This document shows positions 37,570 to 50,599 of a DNA stretch of 64,000 bases, piece after piece. The stretch spans positions 30,649,311-30,713,310 of the forward strand of contig JAHRHZ010000058.1 of the NCBI GenBank assembly GCA_024137785.1. Direction: 5' to 3'. Numbering within the stretch: the stretch's first letter is position 1; each line of letters starts with the position of its first letter. The notes under the pieces were generated by a model, which ran no database searches, was not told the origin of the DNA, and saw only the letters and a list, made by a program, of their open reading frames with translations. This stretch comes from Ginglymostoma cirratum. Its lineage: Eukaryota. The position numbers and the translations under genes are program-made.

Positions 37570-40500
37570 CAACATAGAGAGTGAGACAAGTGGACCTGAT
37601 TTTAATGAGCACCCTTTTATGCAAAGAACATAATGCCAAAGTTCTAGGTCCTTATAGTTACAGAGCTCCATTTTAAAATGGACGGTTCCTATTTTATTTG
37701 ACATTGGTTCAATTGTTTTACCTATTTGGACTTGTAATTAAGTTTTTCACAGTGTAGTCTATCCAGGCTGAAAGTATCACTGAATGCGAGCCACTGTTGT
37801 GATGATTCGCAGCAATTTTATCAGTATTTTCAGATAGGTTAGCGTGGGCTGTGCCATTGTACCATTGTAATATCCTGACACCGATTCATACAGAGGACAG
37901 GAGGAAGCTAGGGCTGTTCAGAAATTCCAAGCATGTGGCATTATAAAAGCACTATTTAAAAATATGATTCATATGCTAATATGAGTAAAAATGATGTGGT
38001 AGTACTTTAGGTCATACATTGCTGCCCTTTTCCTGCGAATGAGAAAATCAATTTACCTTCAGGCTCTTGTTGATCAGTAATATGAAAGTACTTCTGCACA
38101 GATTAGACATTCGCAAAGAAAATTAATAGCTGAGTACTGTTTATACCAATTTCAGGTAAATGTAAAACAGTCTAATGTCAATGTTCAGATCACAAGCAGA
38201 AACCACTTTTGACATTATGATGTTATCTATTAATGTTGTGTCAAAGTCACTCATCTCAACCCATTCTGGGCTGGGCTATGCAAACCTGATGATTGCTTAA
38301 GAACAGTTAAGGGAGCAAGTACCAGAAAGTGTTATAGCATCAGAGTTGAATAGTTAATTGGAAAAATAAGTGGGACATTAGTTTCATAACATCTGTAGAT
38401 CTGAATGGTGGGAAAGCCACTTCTCTGTTTTAAAGGTATTCTAAAGGCATTCCAAAATTCAAAAAGCATTAATTATCTTAGCCAAGTGATCAAACTCACT
38501 TGGGATGCTGGATTATGAAGTCCTTTTTCAAGAATATTGAGACAATTGAGAATCTTAAGAAAAAGTGCAGAAATTATGACATGAAGTGAAGAAAACAAAA
38601 ATGAGTCAGTGACTCTAGAGAAAGCTACGTGGCCAAAATAACCTGTTCTTTTGGCACAATGCATTTTAAGTAGTATTATTCTGTTCATACTTGCTGGTAA
38701 CTGTAATTTGGAAGATTTCATTACAGTTTCTGCTGGAAAGCTTGTGTTAGCTTTACCTGGAAACTGCACCCCCTCATTGTCTTTCCTTGAATCACTTAAT
38801 AATTTGAATGGAGCTATTAAATTGTTTTTCTAATATTGTGGGCTGGTTAATTATGTCAATTATGTTCTGGGAAAGCTATCATGTATATTTTTACAAGTGG
38901 AAACAATTGCTTTGAAATAAGACATTATCTTAAAAAGTTAAAGCTTTCTTCCGTTATTTAAAGTAAGGTGTTTTGGCACTTCGGTGAAAAGATCCAACCA
39001 AGGTAGGCTAATCAGGGGGGTGCTACCAATATCACCCTTGGTAAAGTCACAACAGATGCAGGATATCATGCAACCGTTTTCTCAGCATCAAGTATGCTGT
39101 TCTATTGTGGGTATACAGTGTAATCAGATCAATACAACATTCTTTTAACTCAACAAAAAAAATGTGCTCAGTGGGAAGTCAAAATGCCCCTGGAGACAAC
39201 TTTTTCCAGCAGACTCACCCCCTCCTGGTAAAAACTCAAGCCTTCAACATAATTGCATTGAATTTTCAAAGAGTTGGTTTAGCATAGCTGGTCCCTAGAA
39301 TTCAAGAGAATTGCTGCTGTATGTGACTAGACTAATTGGCGAATTTGTCTAGCAAAATGCTCCACAGTCCACAATAGGTGAGAATTTGGTCCTTTCTTCT
39401 TTTGGTTCTAAGTGAACAATCACTTTTCTTCAGGCTAATTAAAGTGCTTGCAGATTAGTCGAGCACAGACAAACTTGAACCTACTTTTTAGGACAGGGAG
39501 CAATAGGAAATGAATAAATGAATCATTCTAATTCTGGAGAGCAAATGTAGAAGAAAACAATTAAATCAGAAAACTGTTAAATTTGACTGAATTACATATC
39601 ACTTAGGTGCTCTTATTTTGCTCCATTCTTAATTGGATGATTAATACTGGATCTTTTTCCCTGTGCACAGTCCCTCTTTCCAGATGGCAAATGGTAGGTC
39701 CCAACTCTCTTTGTACACAAAGAGGTCATGGTTCAAAGTCAAAGATACAGAGATACCACAATAATCAATCATTGGAACTTGCCTGCTTGCTGTGACCAGC
39801 CAGGCAAAATTGAGCCTCTCTTGTTAGCAACAAAATTAGAGGAGGGCTTGCTTATTGTTTCTTGACTTTTTATATTAAAAAGTGAGGAGATGGACCCCCT
39901 TATACATTTTACTCTATAAATTTATGGTTCAAAACTCCGAGGACAGCATTTGGCTTTCATCACGAGTCAGAATGGCAGTTAAAAAGACATTCTTTGCAAG
40001 TCTTCTGTAGACAGCTTCTCATTTCATTTTGCACAGCGTGCTGTTACTCTGAGCTGCTTTACTAATTAAATTCAATTGCCATCCATTAGACTGATGGAAT
40101 GAGAAGAATCCACTGTACAGCTGACTCAGTCCAGGTCTGTGTGGCCACAGTCACCCTTCAGTACATGCTATCAATTCATTTTAAAGAACTATTGTCATAC
40201 AGTAGATTTTGCCACAGGCTTGAAAATGAAAATAGTAGCATTCCTGAAACTTTTTGTCCATTTCATTAGGTAATTAAGGAAGTATTTCTAATGCTTAAGC
40301 CTTTTTATGACCTACACATAGGAGTTGTCATCATTACTAAATCAGTCTTTTCCGTAGTCTACTCTTGCATTTTTTTTAAGAATATTATGTTCATTTCATG
40401 GTATTGTTTGTGTCACAGGTGTTCAATTTGTCATGTTGTATTATTGGTCACCAGGAATTTCTCACCTGGAGAGACAATAACAGATGACAAGTCATGCTAG

Positions 40501-40669
40501 CAACTATTGGAATTGTCCAGTATCCTGTTCAAGATTGGCTTTGGAACAAATATGAATGTAGATGTGCTTGACAGTGGTATCAACTGGTTTATTAAATGAT
40601 TTTTGGAAAAAATAATTGCCGTTACAAATTCTAACCTAGTTTTAATGTTTCCTAAAAATGACAATTTTG

Positions 40670-41230
40670 AAAATGGGAACTAGGAGCAGCAGTAGGCTCA
40701 AAAACAGAAGTTGCTGGAAAAACTCAAAAGGTCTGGCAGCATCTGTGAAGAAAGGTCAGAGTTAACGTTTCGGGTCCAGTGACTGTTCGTCAGAACTAAG
40801 GCCTGGTCTGAGGAAGGATCACCAGCCCCGAAATGTTAACTGTAATTTTCCTTCATGGATGCTGCCAGACCTCCTGAGCTTTTCTAGCAACTTCTGTTTT
40901 TGTTCCTGATTTTGTTCCTGTAGTTCTTCCGTTTTTTTTAGCAATAGTAGGTTATTGAGGCGGTGAGCCTGCTCCACCATTTAATAACATTCTAGGTGAT
41001 CTGACTGTAACCTTAAGTCTGCATTCGTGATAACCTTTCAACCTCTTACTTTCCAAGAACCTATCTATCTCTACTTTAAAAATATTCAAGGACTTTGCTT
41101 CGACCACTGTTTAAGGGAGAGTGCTCCAAAGACGCTCATGCCTCTGAGCAAAAAAAAATTCATCTCCTGCCTGTTTTAAATGGGCTACCCCTTATTTTTA
41201 AAAGTCAATCCGAGTTCTAGATTCTCACAA
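40670..41230 (-). mobile_element. CR1 3' fragment interrupted by a PLE foldback
   Basis: AGGAGCAGCAGTAGG...GAGCCTGCTCCACCATTTAAT..GATCTG, reverse CR1 3' end. Confidence 0.65.
40697..40939 (+). mobile_element. PLE foldback element with two opposed hammerhead-like cores
   Basis: Arms 40699-40793 / 40807-40902; 37-nt tail; degenerate TSD AGCAGCAGTAGG 40685-40696 / AGCAATAGTAGG 40940-40951. Confidence 0.82.
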
Positions 41231-42310
41231 AGGAGCTCCTGTGTTTCAGTGTTGTTGGGTTAAAATGGTACAGGACGGTTCGGCATAAATATTAGAACTT
41301 TATAAGAATTAATGGGATCTTGTTACATCTGATCGTGGTATCTTCTGACGGGAAACTGACTGAGCTGGTAGACTGGGGGTGGAAGATCCTGTCCTCTCCC
41401 TCAGTGGAGGGGGAAAAAATCTTCTGGGCAACACATCTGCTGCCAATGGGAAGACATTTTTGAGAAGGCCAGTGCTATGAAGCTAGCTCTCAAGAGCTAG
41501 CTGCAATGCCAGGAAAAGTTCATTGACCTCACTCAAGTTGTCATGATGAAAATCCTGTCTCTCTCTTCAAACCTGCATCATCTACCCCTTCACTATTCAC
41601 AATAAACCCTTACTTGTGTTTGTTCTCATACAATGCCTGAAATGTCTCCCATCATTGTCTTCTACTTATACACATACCGCTATTGCGCCCTGACTGCCGC
41701 CCAATTTGCACATGAAGCTATTTGAACATAACTGGCAAATGTTCAAAACAGCTTATGATGCAATCAGCTACACACACCTTTCTTTGCCGAGGCAGGACAC
41801 ACATCATGATGCAGGAGATGGCTGCAGAAGGAGGCTAGACTCACCTCCAAACTGTTTCCTCTCCGGCGGAAGACAGGCTGGCTATTGTGGGTCGAGGTGA
41901 AGTCATGGCCATGGTAGATAGTAAAACAGGGGGAGATATCATTCATTGTTTTTTCAGGCCCTGCTTTACCTTTTATCTTTTGCGACTTTGCATGTCAAAC
42001 TGAAGCTGCTTTAGCAGCCATTTATCTCTCTGCTGGTGTTAGTTAACTCTGTTGGTAAGATGATGTGGTGGATAATAAAGACTATGGCGCTGGTTTGATG
42101 TCTGTACTGGCTATGGTAGTTCATGGGGTACCTGTTTCCTCACCTACCCCATTCTGTGGAGTGATTACCCTCTGCTATGCATTACCATTTGTCTCTTAAA
42201 TGGAGAGATGTGTTTGGTTCTTTTTGAACAAAGGCTGCTTTCCTTACCATGTTAACAAGCATGGGGCTGGATGAACACAGCAGGTCAAGCAGCATCATAG
42301 GAGCAGGAAA

Positions 42311-42346
42311 ACTTGACGTTTCGGGCCTAAACCCTTCATCAGAAAT
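42311..42346 (-). ncRNA. Minimal type I hammerhead-ribozyme-like motif
   Basis: AUUU-CUGAUGA-A-GGGU(UUAG)GCCC-GAAA-CG-UC-AAGU: both core boxes, stem II, 4-bp stem I, palindromic ACGU in place of stem III. Confidence 0.65.
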
Positions 42347-42481
42347 GGGGGAGGGGAAGAGGGTTCTGAAATAAATAGGGAGAGAGGAGGAGGCGGATAG
42401 AGGATGGATAGAGGAGAGGATAGGTGGAGAGGAGGCAGACCCTCTTCCCCTCCCCCATTTCTGATGAAGGGTTTAGGCCCG

Positions 42482-42881
42482 NNNNNNNNNNNNNNNNNNN
42501 NNNNNNNNNNNNNNNNNNNNNNNNNNNNNNNNNNNNNNNNNNNNNNNNNNNNNNNNNNNNNNNNNNNNNNNNNNNNNNNNNNNNNNNNNNNNNNNNNNNN
42601 NNNNNNNNNNNNNNNNNNNNNNNNNNNNNNNNNNNNNNNNNNNNNNNNNNNNNNNNNNNNNNNNNNNNNNNNNNNNNNNNNNNNNNNNNNNNNNNNNNNN
42701 NNNNNNNNNNNNNNNNNNNNNNNNNNNNNNNNNNNNNNNNNNNNNNNNNNNNNNNNNNNNNNNNNNNNNNNNNNNNNNNNNNNNNNNNNNNNNNNNNNNN
42801 NNNNNNNNNNNNNNNNNNNNNNNNNNNNNNNNNNNNNNNNNNNNNNNNNNNNNNNNNNNNNNNNNNNNNNNNNNNNNNNNN
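42482..42881. other. Assembly gap (400 N)
   Basis: Run of N. Confidence 0.99.
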
Positions 42882-44395
42882 CATGCTTGTTATCTCGGAT
42901 TCTCCAGCATCTGCAGTACCTTTTATCTCTTCCTTACCATGTTGTTGCTTTTCTTTTATACCACGAGTTAACAGGTACCCTCCTTAGGATTCTCTTATAA
43001 ATTTTATAATGAGCATTTTAATCCATCTGATATATACCCTGAATGCCAGCAGAGGAGCCGTGTCCATTATGACAGGTGGTGCAACTTCTGCATCGAATGA
43101 GTACCCTCGTAGCACCTACTGTGTTGGCTCCTTTGACAGATTTCCTACGCATGTCTTTCAAACTGAGTTAAGACTCACAGCCGGGTGTCGTTGGTGTATA
43201 GTGTGAGAAGAGCTCACTGGATTAACCAAACATTCTTTTCAAAGTTGCAGCGTTGCTGTACTGTCAAGTCATAGAGAGATAAAGAATGAGGCCTATATTA
43301 AGAAATTGTTCTTTTTGCATCAGCCAACACAAGAAGGTTAAAGTCTGCAAAATGGAGTCTGGTTTGGGCAGCAGGCACTTTATGTTTTCAAGCTGGTTTC
43401 CTCTGCTGGAGCCTGGTTTTCTGCAAATTGCAACACAAAAATCCAGATATTTCTCAGGTGAGTCAGAAAATTTATGAAACAAGCTAATGAACTTTATCTG
43501 AGAAAACTTGGGATTTCTTTAGCATGAATGTAACCAGGAAAGTATGTTCTAACTGCAGTGAGTTTGCTTTCTTCTCATTTACCCCATCCCCTTCCTCTTT
43601 CCTTGGGAGAGTATTTGCCTCTGCTCAGCATTTCTCCAGTATTATGACGATGATGTGAATGAGTTTGAAGTTTTTTTGTACCTTGTATTGACACTTGCAG
43701 AATTTTGAAACAGAATGAGCCCTGCTTGAAATCACATTGCCTTTTGCCATTAGGACTTTTAATCAAACATGATAAATTTGGATCTGGTCCCTCGGACAAA
43801 TCCACAAACTACACATTCCATAAATTAAGATCTACTGTGCCACTGATTTGTCTTTAGGGCTCAGTTACATATGACATTGGAAATGTTAATGTCTCGTTTT
43901 TTTTGGATGTTTGCTGCAGCAGTCTCTGTGGGATGATTTGCAACAAAATTTGATTTTTCCATAGTCCCTAATTTAAGTTCTGTATGAACACTAACAAAAT
44001 ATCTTTTTAAATAACGTTTTAGGAAAATAAACTGAAGCAAAATTATTTGTTAACGTTACTGAGTCAGTGAAATGCCTTCTTGTCAATTCTGGGGCTTCCT
44101 GACATGTAGCGCTCAAGTTACCGTAAGAGTACACAGAAGTTTTCATAAAAGTTATTATTTTCTTTTAATTTCCAAAGAACATATACTCTAATGTAGCTAA
44201 GTTCATACAATATAAGAGGTGTTAATATTTGAAGTGAATGGAAGGTTCGACCGCTCAGGGGGTGAAATGGTAACTTGCTATTGTACCAGAGCGCAGTGAG
44301 TTATCAGTTAATGCTGGTGACCTCCTCAAGCTGTGAGTTCTTGATCTCAGTCAGAGTTATCAGTATGCAGCAAGGAAAGGGAGAAGGAGAGAAGA

Positions 44396-44545
44396 NNNNN
44401 NNNNNNNNNNNNNNNNNNNNNNNNNNNNNNNNNNNNNNNNNNNNNNNNNNNNNNNNNNNNNNNNNNNNNNNNNNNNNNNNNNNNNNNNNNNNNNNNNNNN
44501 NNNNNNNNNNNNNNNNNNNNNNNNNNNNNNNNNNNNNNNNNNNNN
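44396..44545. other. Assembly gap (150 N)
   Basis: Run of N after a GA-rich stretch. Confidence 0.99.
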
Positions 44546-44870
44546 CTGACAACAATTTAGCAGTCCGCTTACTATCTGTCTTGCTTCTTATTCCCACTGA
44601 ATTTAATGGCAATAAAGATCAAGAAAGATGTCAGTTTGGTGTTATGTGTTTGAAACAGTCATGCAAACTCAAGATCTAATCCACAGTCTATCGAACTGTG
44701 TTACAGAATGGCACTGCCAAGGCTTGGGTGTGATTTGCTAATTTAGCTGAAAGTGTGCTACTACATGTCTTTGCACTTGGGAAGGCAATCTCCCAGAAAA
44801 TGAACACTACAGGTCTATATTTCACACTCTGTGCTACCAATAGCTTTAAACCAGTCATGACTAAGATAAT

Positions 44871-45012
44871 GAGATAGTAGGAACTGCAGATGCTGGAGAA
44901 TCTGAGATAACAAGGTGTAGGGCTGAAGGGTCTAGGCCCAAAACGTCAGCTTTCCTGCTCCTCTGATGCTGCTTGGCCTGCTGTGTTCATCCAGCTCTAC
45001 ACTTTGTTATCT
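44871..45012 (-). mobile_element. PLE foldback element
   Basis: 34-nt tail, then short arm and inverted long arm; TSD ATGACTAAGATAAT 44857-44870 / ATAACTGAGATAAT 45013-45026. Confidence 0.85.
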
Positions 45013-45260
45013 ATAACTGAGATAATTTTTGTTTCCCTAGATTTTCTGATTTCTTACTTTTGTCCAATTACGTAATTGCCTCCTGAAACTGAATAGATCA
45101 CTCCTTGATTCTATGTGTAAATTCAAATTGTGAATAAAGTGATTTTTAAAATCTAAGACAGATTTCCATTAAAGTTATTGGTCATCACAAGAGTGTCGAT
45201 GCTTCTATATTCATTTAAACCCTTCACTTGAAAACAAACATTTAAAGTAAAGGTTGTATC

Positions 45261-45384
45261 AGAGATAATAGGTACTGCAGATGCTGGAGAATCCGAGATA
45301 ACAAGGTGTGGAGCTGGATGAACACAGCAGGCCAAGCAGCATCACAGGAGCAGGAAAGCTTGATGTTTCGGGCCTAGACCCTTC
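45261..45384 (-). mobile_element. PLE 3'-end copy truncated at the hammerhead stem II
   Basis: Nearly identical to 53864-53985. Confidence 0.85.
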
Positions 45385-45659
45385 TGTTATTCAGCCAACT
45401 CCAATCACTGTGTCTGAGTCAAGGCATGCATCAACAGGGATGTGTGGAAGCTTAACTGAACCTAAGAAGTAGAACAGCTAGTGGCCACCTGAAGAATGTT
45501 TGAAACACCTTTTGAGTTCACTTGTTTGTCTTGTTAAGATAGTTTGATGGCCTCTGGTTTCTCACTTTGATGATGTTCAAGCACTTCCACATATGTAACT
45601 CATTCATATTACTATCTGAGAACTTTATATTCCTACCCAAGTTTTAAAAGTGTTTTACT

Positions 45660-47162
45660 TTTTGTATTCATTGCCTGTCCTTAATTTCCCTTAAGAATTT
45701 TGTGGTGAGCTGTCCTCCTTAGAATAGTCTGGTATAACTACCCCCGCAATGTTGTTAGGGAGGGATTTGCAGGTTTTTGGCCCAGTGACACTGAAGGAAT
45801 GGCGATATATTTCCAAGTCAGAATGCTGAGTTAGTTGGAGGGGAGCTTGCAGGTGATGACTGCCCTTGTCCTTTTCGGTGTTAGTGGTTCTGGGCTGGAC
45901 GGTGCTGTTCAAGGAACTTCAGTAACTTTTTGCAGTGCTTCTTGTACACACTGCTGCTATTGTGCTGTGGTGGGAGTAGATGTGTTGCCAATCAAACAGG
46001 CTGCTTCATAGTGGATGGTGCCAAGCTTCTGAAGTGTTTTTGGAGTTGCACCCATCCAGGTAAGTTCGGGGTGGGGGAGTATTCCATCATACTCTTGAGT
46101 GTGACTTGTAGATGGTGGACAAGATTTGGAGAGTCAGGAAGCAAGTTGCTTGCTGCAGTATTCCTAGCCTCTGACCTGCTCTTGTAGCCACAGCATATGG
46201 CTATTCCAGTTCAGTTTCTGGTCAGTGGTAACCCTCAGGATGTTGATAGTGGGGATTTCATGATAATGGTTATGCCACTAAATGGCAAGGGCAATGGATA
46301 GATTCTGTCTTGTTGGAGATGGTCATTGTCTGGGACTTGTGTAACATGAATGTGATTTGTCAATTAGCCTAAGCCTGAATATTGTTCCGGTTTTGCTGCA
46401 TTTGAACATGAACTGCCGCAGTTTGTGAGGAATCACAAATAGCGCTGAACATTTTGCAATCATCAGCAAACATCTGGACTTCTGACTTTATAATGGAGGT
46501 TAGGTCTTTGATAAAAGTAGCTGAAGATGATTGGATCTTAGTTCTCCTGAGGAGCACCTGTGATGATGTCCTGGAGCTAAGATGACCGATCTTTAACAGC
46601 CATCTTTCTGGAACCACTGGAGAGTTTTGCCCCTGATTCCCATTGACTCACATTTTGCTAGGGCTCTTATGCTACTCAGTCACACGTGGCCTTGGTTAGG
46701 TGGATTGGCCATGCTAAATTGCCTGTGATGTCAGGGATGTACAGTTCAGGTGGTTTAGCTGTGGGAAAAGCAGTGGATCTGCTGTTTGGAGGGTCATTGT
46801 AAACTCAATGGGCCAAATAGCCTGCTTCCACACTTTAGGTATTCTCTGATTCTATGATTGATATCAAGGGCAGTTACTCCCATTTCCTCCAGAATTCAAC
46901 TCATTTGTCCATGTTTGAACCAAGGCTGTAAAGAGGTCAGGAGCTGAATTGCCCTGACAGTACTGAAACTGAACATCAGTGAGCAGGTTAATTTTAAACA
47001 AGTGCTCCTTGATGGCACTGTTAATGACCTTTTCCTTTATTTTACTGATGATTGAAAGTAGACTGATGGGATGGTAATTGGCTGGGTTAGATTTGTTTTT
47101 TGTGTATAAGACGTACCTGGGCAATTTTCCACATTGTTGGGAAGATGCCAGTGTTGTAGCTT
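45660..47162 (-). mobile_element. Degraded CR1/L2-group LINE reverse transcriptase and 3' end
   Basis: KSNPANYHPISLLSIISK...QFQY (46864-47124) and MFADDCKMF (46369-46617) RT motifs, with frameshifts. Confidence 0.9.
46692..46859 (+). mobile_element. HE1-type SINE 3' half nested in the LINE
   Basis: GGTTAGGTGGATTGGCCATGCTAAATTG...GGGCCAAATAGCCTGCTTCCACACT..GATTCTATGATT; matches 2128-2276. Confidence 0.85.
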
Positions 47163-48934
47163 TTCAAGTATAAGCATGCTAAGTAGAAGAAATCCTTAAC
47201 AAAGAGAGATTATTTCAGCAAAAGCCATCTCTGATGTCACTTGGCCTCCTCATCAGAGAGGAAAGGATCTTCTCCAAAATGGAGAGTAATGTACGCCCCT
47301 TCTCTCCTGCAATCTGCGATTTACCTATCAGTCCGTTCCTGCTGAAACCTGGCCTGCTGTGACTTTATTTGAGTGGGCCAAGAAACAGATGAGCAAACCT
47401 TCTGTCCAAAACTGGCAGGAGCCTGTGTACAGATAGGAGTCTGACATCATCTGGGACCCCAACACAATTTGAAGGTCAGCGACTGCTACACCAATTCAGC
47501 AATCATAGAGGAACCATGGCACGTCACTGTGAAAAGTCACTTAGAGCTGTGTCGTTCTCTTGTTAAGGATCGGGCGGTGTATTAGATTTTCCTGCTACCT
47601 CGTTTGTGTTATTCATGCTTGGCTTTCTTGCACCTGCCCAACTTCAGCAACTACTTCCTGCTTGTTACTGTTCAGTAGTCAGCAAATTGTTCATTTAGCA
47701 TTAGCAGCTCCCTGACTGTGAAAATGGTTCAGATCTCTCTTGCTCGTGCTCCCAAGCAGAGCTTTCCCATTTCTATCACTTGCCCAGTTTATGCAGAATG
47801 AAGATTTGAGCCTGGAACTTAATAACCACTGATTATAACACTATTAGTTAAATAGGTGCTTCCCAAATGTTCTCTGGTGTGGGTCCAGTTTGAGGCTTAA
47901 AATTGCCATGGTCCCAGAGCCATGAGAATGGGAGGACAGAGTGGAGGTGAGGGACTAGAGGCATAAGAATGGTTGGTGGTTTGATTGGGTTGGAGAGGAG
48001 AGGTTTGGTAGTTGGCAGTGTGACGTGGGGAGGTGGAGGCAGATGTTTAGTCGACAAGTCTTTTGAATGAAAGGCTCCTATTGTATCACTGGGTTTTCAG
48101 GATCAGAATCTGAAAAGGATTTAAAGGGGCCTTGCAGTTGTTATAACTGACTTGGAGCTCCACAGCAGCCATTGCTAACAACTCCAAAATTTCAGCTCGC
48201 GATCCCACTTGGGAAAGCCCAAGTTAAGCACTAACAGGCTCACACTTCCTCTCACAATGAGAGTTTCTTCTAGTGAATGAGGTAGAGAAGCACTTTGAGT
48301 ACAGAAGAAGATAGAATTGTGGTATCACTCATAGCTGCTAATAAAACGGTATTAGAGTCAAACTAGCAGCTGATGCATAGAGGCATGTTAAGTACACCAT
48401 TACAGTATTAGTCTGGAAGTCATTGAGTGGTATTATTCAAATGTTTAATGTATGGTGTCCAATTTTTCCTGTTCTATTTTGGTAGGCATCGTTATACTCA
48501 CCTAAAACAAATTGGTCAACACCCCCATTAAAACAGCAAAGGAAGGATTGATGCTGGTGTGTTCAGCATTTGAATATTACCATCTTTATGTTAACATTTT
48601 ACGGTTTTCTTCATAATTACTCTAATGTGTAAGCGATAATCTCGTAATACTTTGAGGATTGAATTTCATCCAAAGGATAGAGGAATAATTTAGCTTTAGG
48701 AAACCATTCTTATTAAATGGTCTGAAGTTCATGGCAGTGATATCTACAGTTTAATTTTATTGACCTCTGAACTAATCAGTTTGAAGCAGTTGCCTCAGAA
48801 AGGACTTGGATGCATTTATTGACCATTATTTAGTGAGAATTCTTGGAAAAGCATGGAGTTTGAAACTGTCTATTTGCAAATCCAACTTTAACAGTTCTTC
48901 ATAAGTTCCAGTCTTTATAATTAAAGAAACATTA

Positions 48935-49545
48935 CTGTAAAATAAAACCCAAAAGTGTTAAAGAAACTGGCAGCAACTGTGGTGAGAGAAACAGAGCTTA
49001 CATTTCAAGTCTGATATGACTCTTTAGGACTGAAGGGAATGGGAAAAGGGAGTCTTTATGCTATAGACTGAGGGGGAGAAGGAGTGGGTGGAACAGATGA
49101 CGAGAGTATCAGAGCAAAAGATGAAGGGAGTGCTAACGGTAGTAAAAGAGAAATGGAGATGTAAAATAGGTGCAAATGAAAGATGTGAAAAGGAGAAAAT
49201 GAGTCCCCTTTATTGAAACAAGAAGACATGGGGTCACAAGGTGAGTTAAGTGCGGGGCGTGGATTGAAATCAAAATGGAGGATAGAGGTTATGCTCTGAA
49301 ATTATTGAACCCAATGTTGAGTCCTGAAGGCTGTAAAATACCTCAGTGGAAAGTGAGGTGCTGTTCCTCTAGCTTGCATTGAGCTTTGTTGGAACTTTGC
49401 AGCAGGTCCAGGACTGATCTTTTACCAGCGACAAGTTTTTTTGTTTTGAAATGGCAACTAGCTAGATGATCCGGGTCATCCTTGTGGACAGAACGGGGGT
49501 ATTCTGCAGAGTGGTTTTGACAGAGCAAAGGAAACCACATTATTA
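48935..49545 (-). mobile_element. PLE remnant: C-terminus of GIY-YIG endonuclease region plus 3' terminal repeat
   Basis: SAEYPRSVH...CHF...SVLDLLQSSNKAQCKLEEQHLTFH*GILQPSGLNIGFNNFRA* (stop at 49289) resembles the PLE L.P.GLN C-terminal motif; degenerate core near 49000-49030. Confidence 0.8.
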
Positions 49546-50599
49546 GCAGCTTACTCTGTCCCAGGTTACATTTCCTTGTTAAATTAAACAGTCTTTAAGT
49601 AGCAAAGAAATCTTGAATATCATTTTGCATCCTCTTATTTCATTTCAAGTAATGTTTGGGTGATAAATCTTGAAATTGTGGCTTATACTGATGTATCCAG
49701 TCACCTGTTGCTTTTTTGTTGTTGAAGCTGTGAAGGTTTACAGTATTACAGTATTAAATTACAGTACACGTTTTCTCAATTTGGCAATATCATAAAATAA
49801 CTAGTTTCTTTTCAATTAATACATTGGATCAACTAGTCTTCTGAAATTACTTGGTATATTTTGATAAATTGTTGTAACTTGCTAGATTAATAGTGAATAA
49901 ACTCTGCCTTGAGCTTTGTAACAATTTTGCTGCTCTGTGAACATGCAGATTTCAGGGGTTCATTCAAAAATTGCAACGGATTCAAGTTTACAATAATGTG
50001 GATATCAAGTGTGATTATTAATTTTGTCATAATTGACTAATATATAGTGATTTACAATTAACCTAAAATGAGAGTGCTACAGATCTTGGAAACCTGAAAC
50101 ATCCAGCAGTTTAACCAAGTGCTGTAGACCTAAAATGTTAGTTCTACACATTTCTTATTCCACAGATAATGGCTGATCCACTGATAATTTTGTTGGGTAT
50201 TTTAACTTTTTGTTAGTGCCATTTCCACAATATGTCAGTTATTCTTTGCTTTTCAAAGCAAGCAAAACGTGTTATTTGATCATTTAGATGGCCAGGTTAA
50301 CGTGCTGAATTGTATAACAAGTGTACTGTCATACAACATGAGAAAGACTGAGATGGTTGAATAAAATAACCCCGAGAATGAATGCATCACATTGAAAAAT
50401 GGAACAGGAATAATACGTCAGTTGATACTGCGTATAATAGATGGGGGCAAGTTAAGAATGTGCAGAAAATAGGATTATGGTATCTGTTCTGAGGCTTGGT
50501 TTTCTGCTGATTTAAAAAATAATTGGAAGCAGTTATATTTTGATGCAAAGTATAAACTATTAAATAAATAAGTAGAGATAATTTACATTAACATTGCCT

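Larger units (their letters stand above)
42254..42929 (+). mobile_element. Young PLE foldback element spanning an assembly gap
   Basis: Perfect 14-bp TSD TTCCTTACCATGTT 42240-42253 / 42930-42943; perfect 43-bp inverted match 42322-42364 / 42439-42481. Confidence 0.88.

Noticed and set aside
42339-44679. Long ORFs containing X runs
   Set aside because: Artefacts of assembly gaps.
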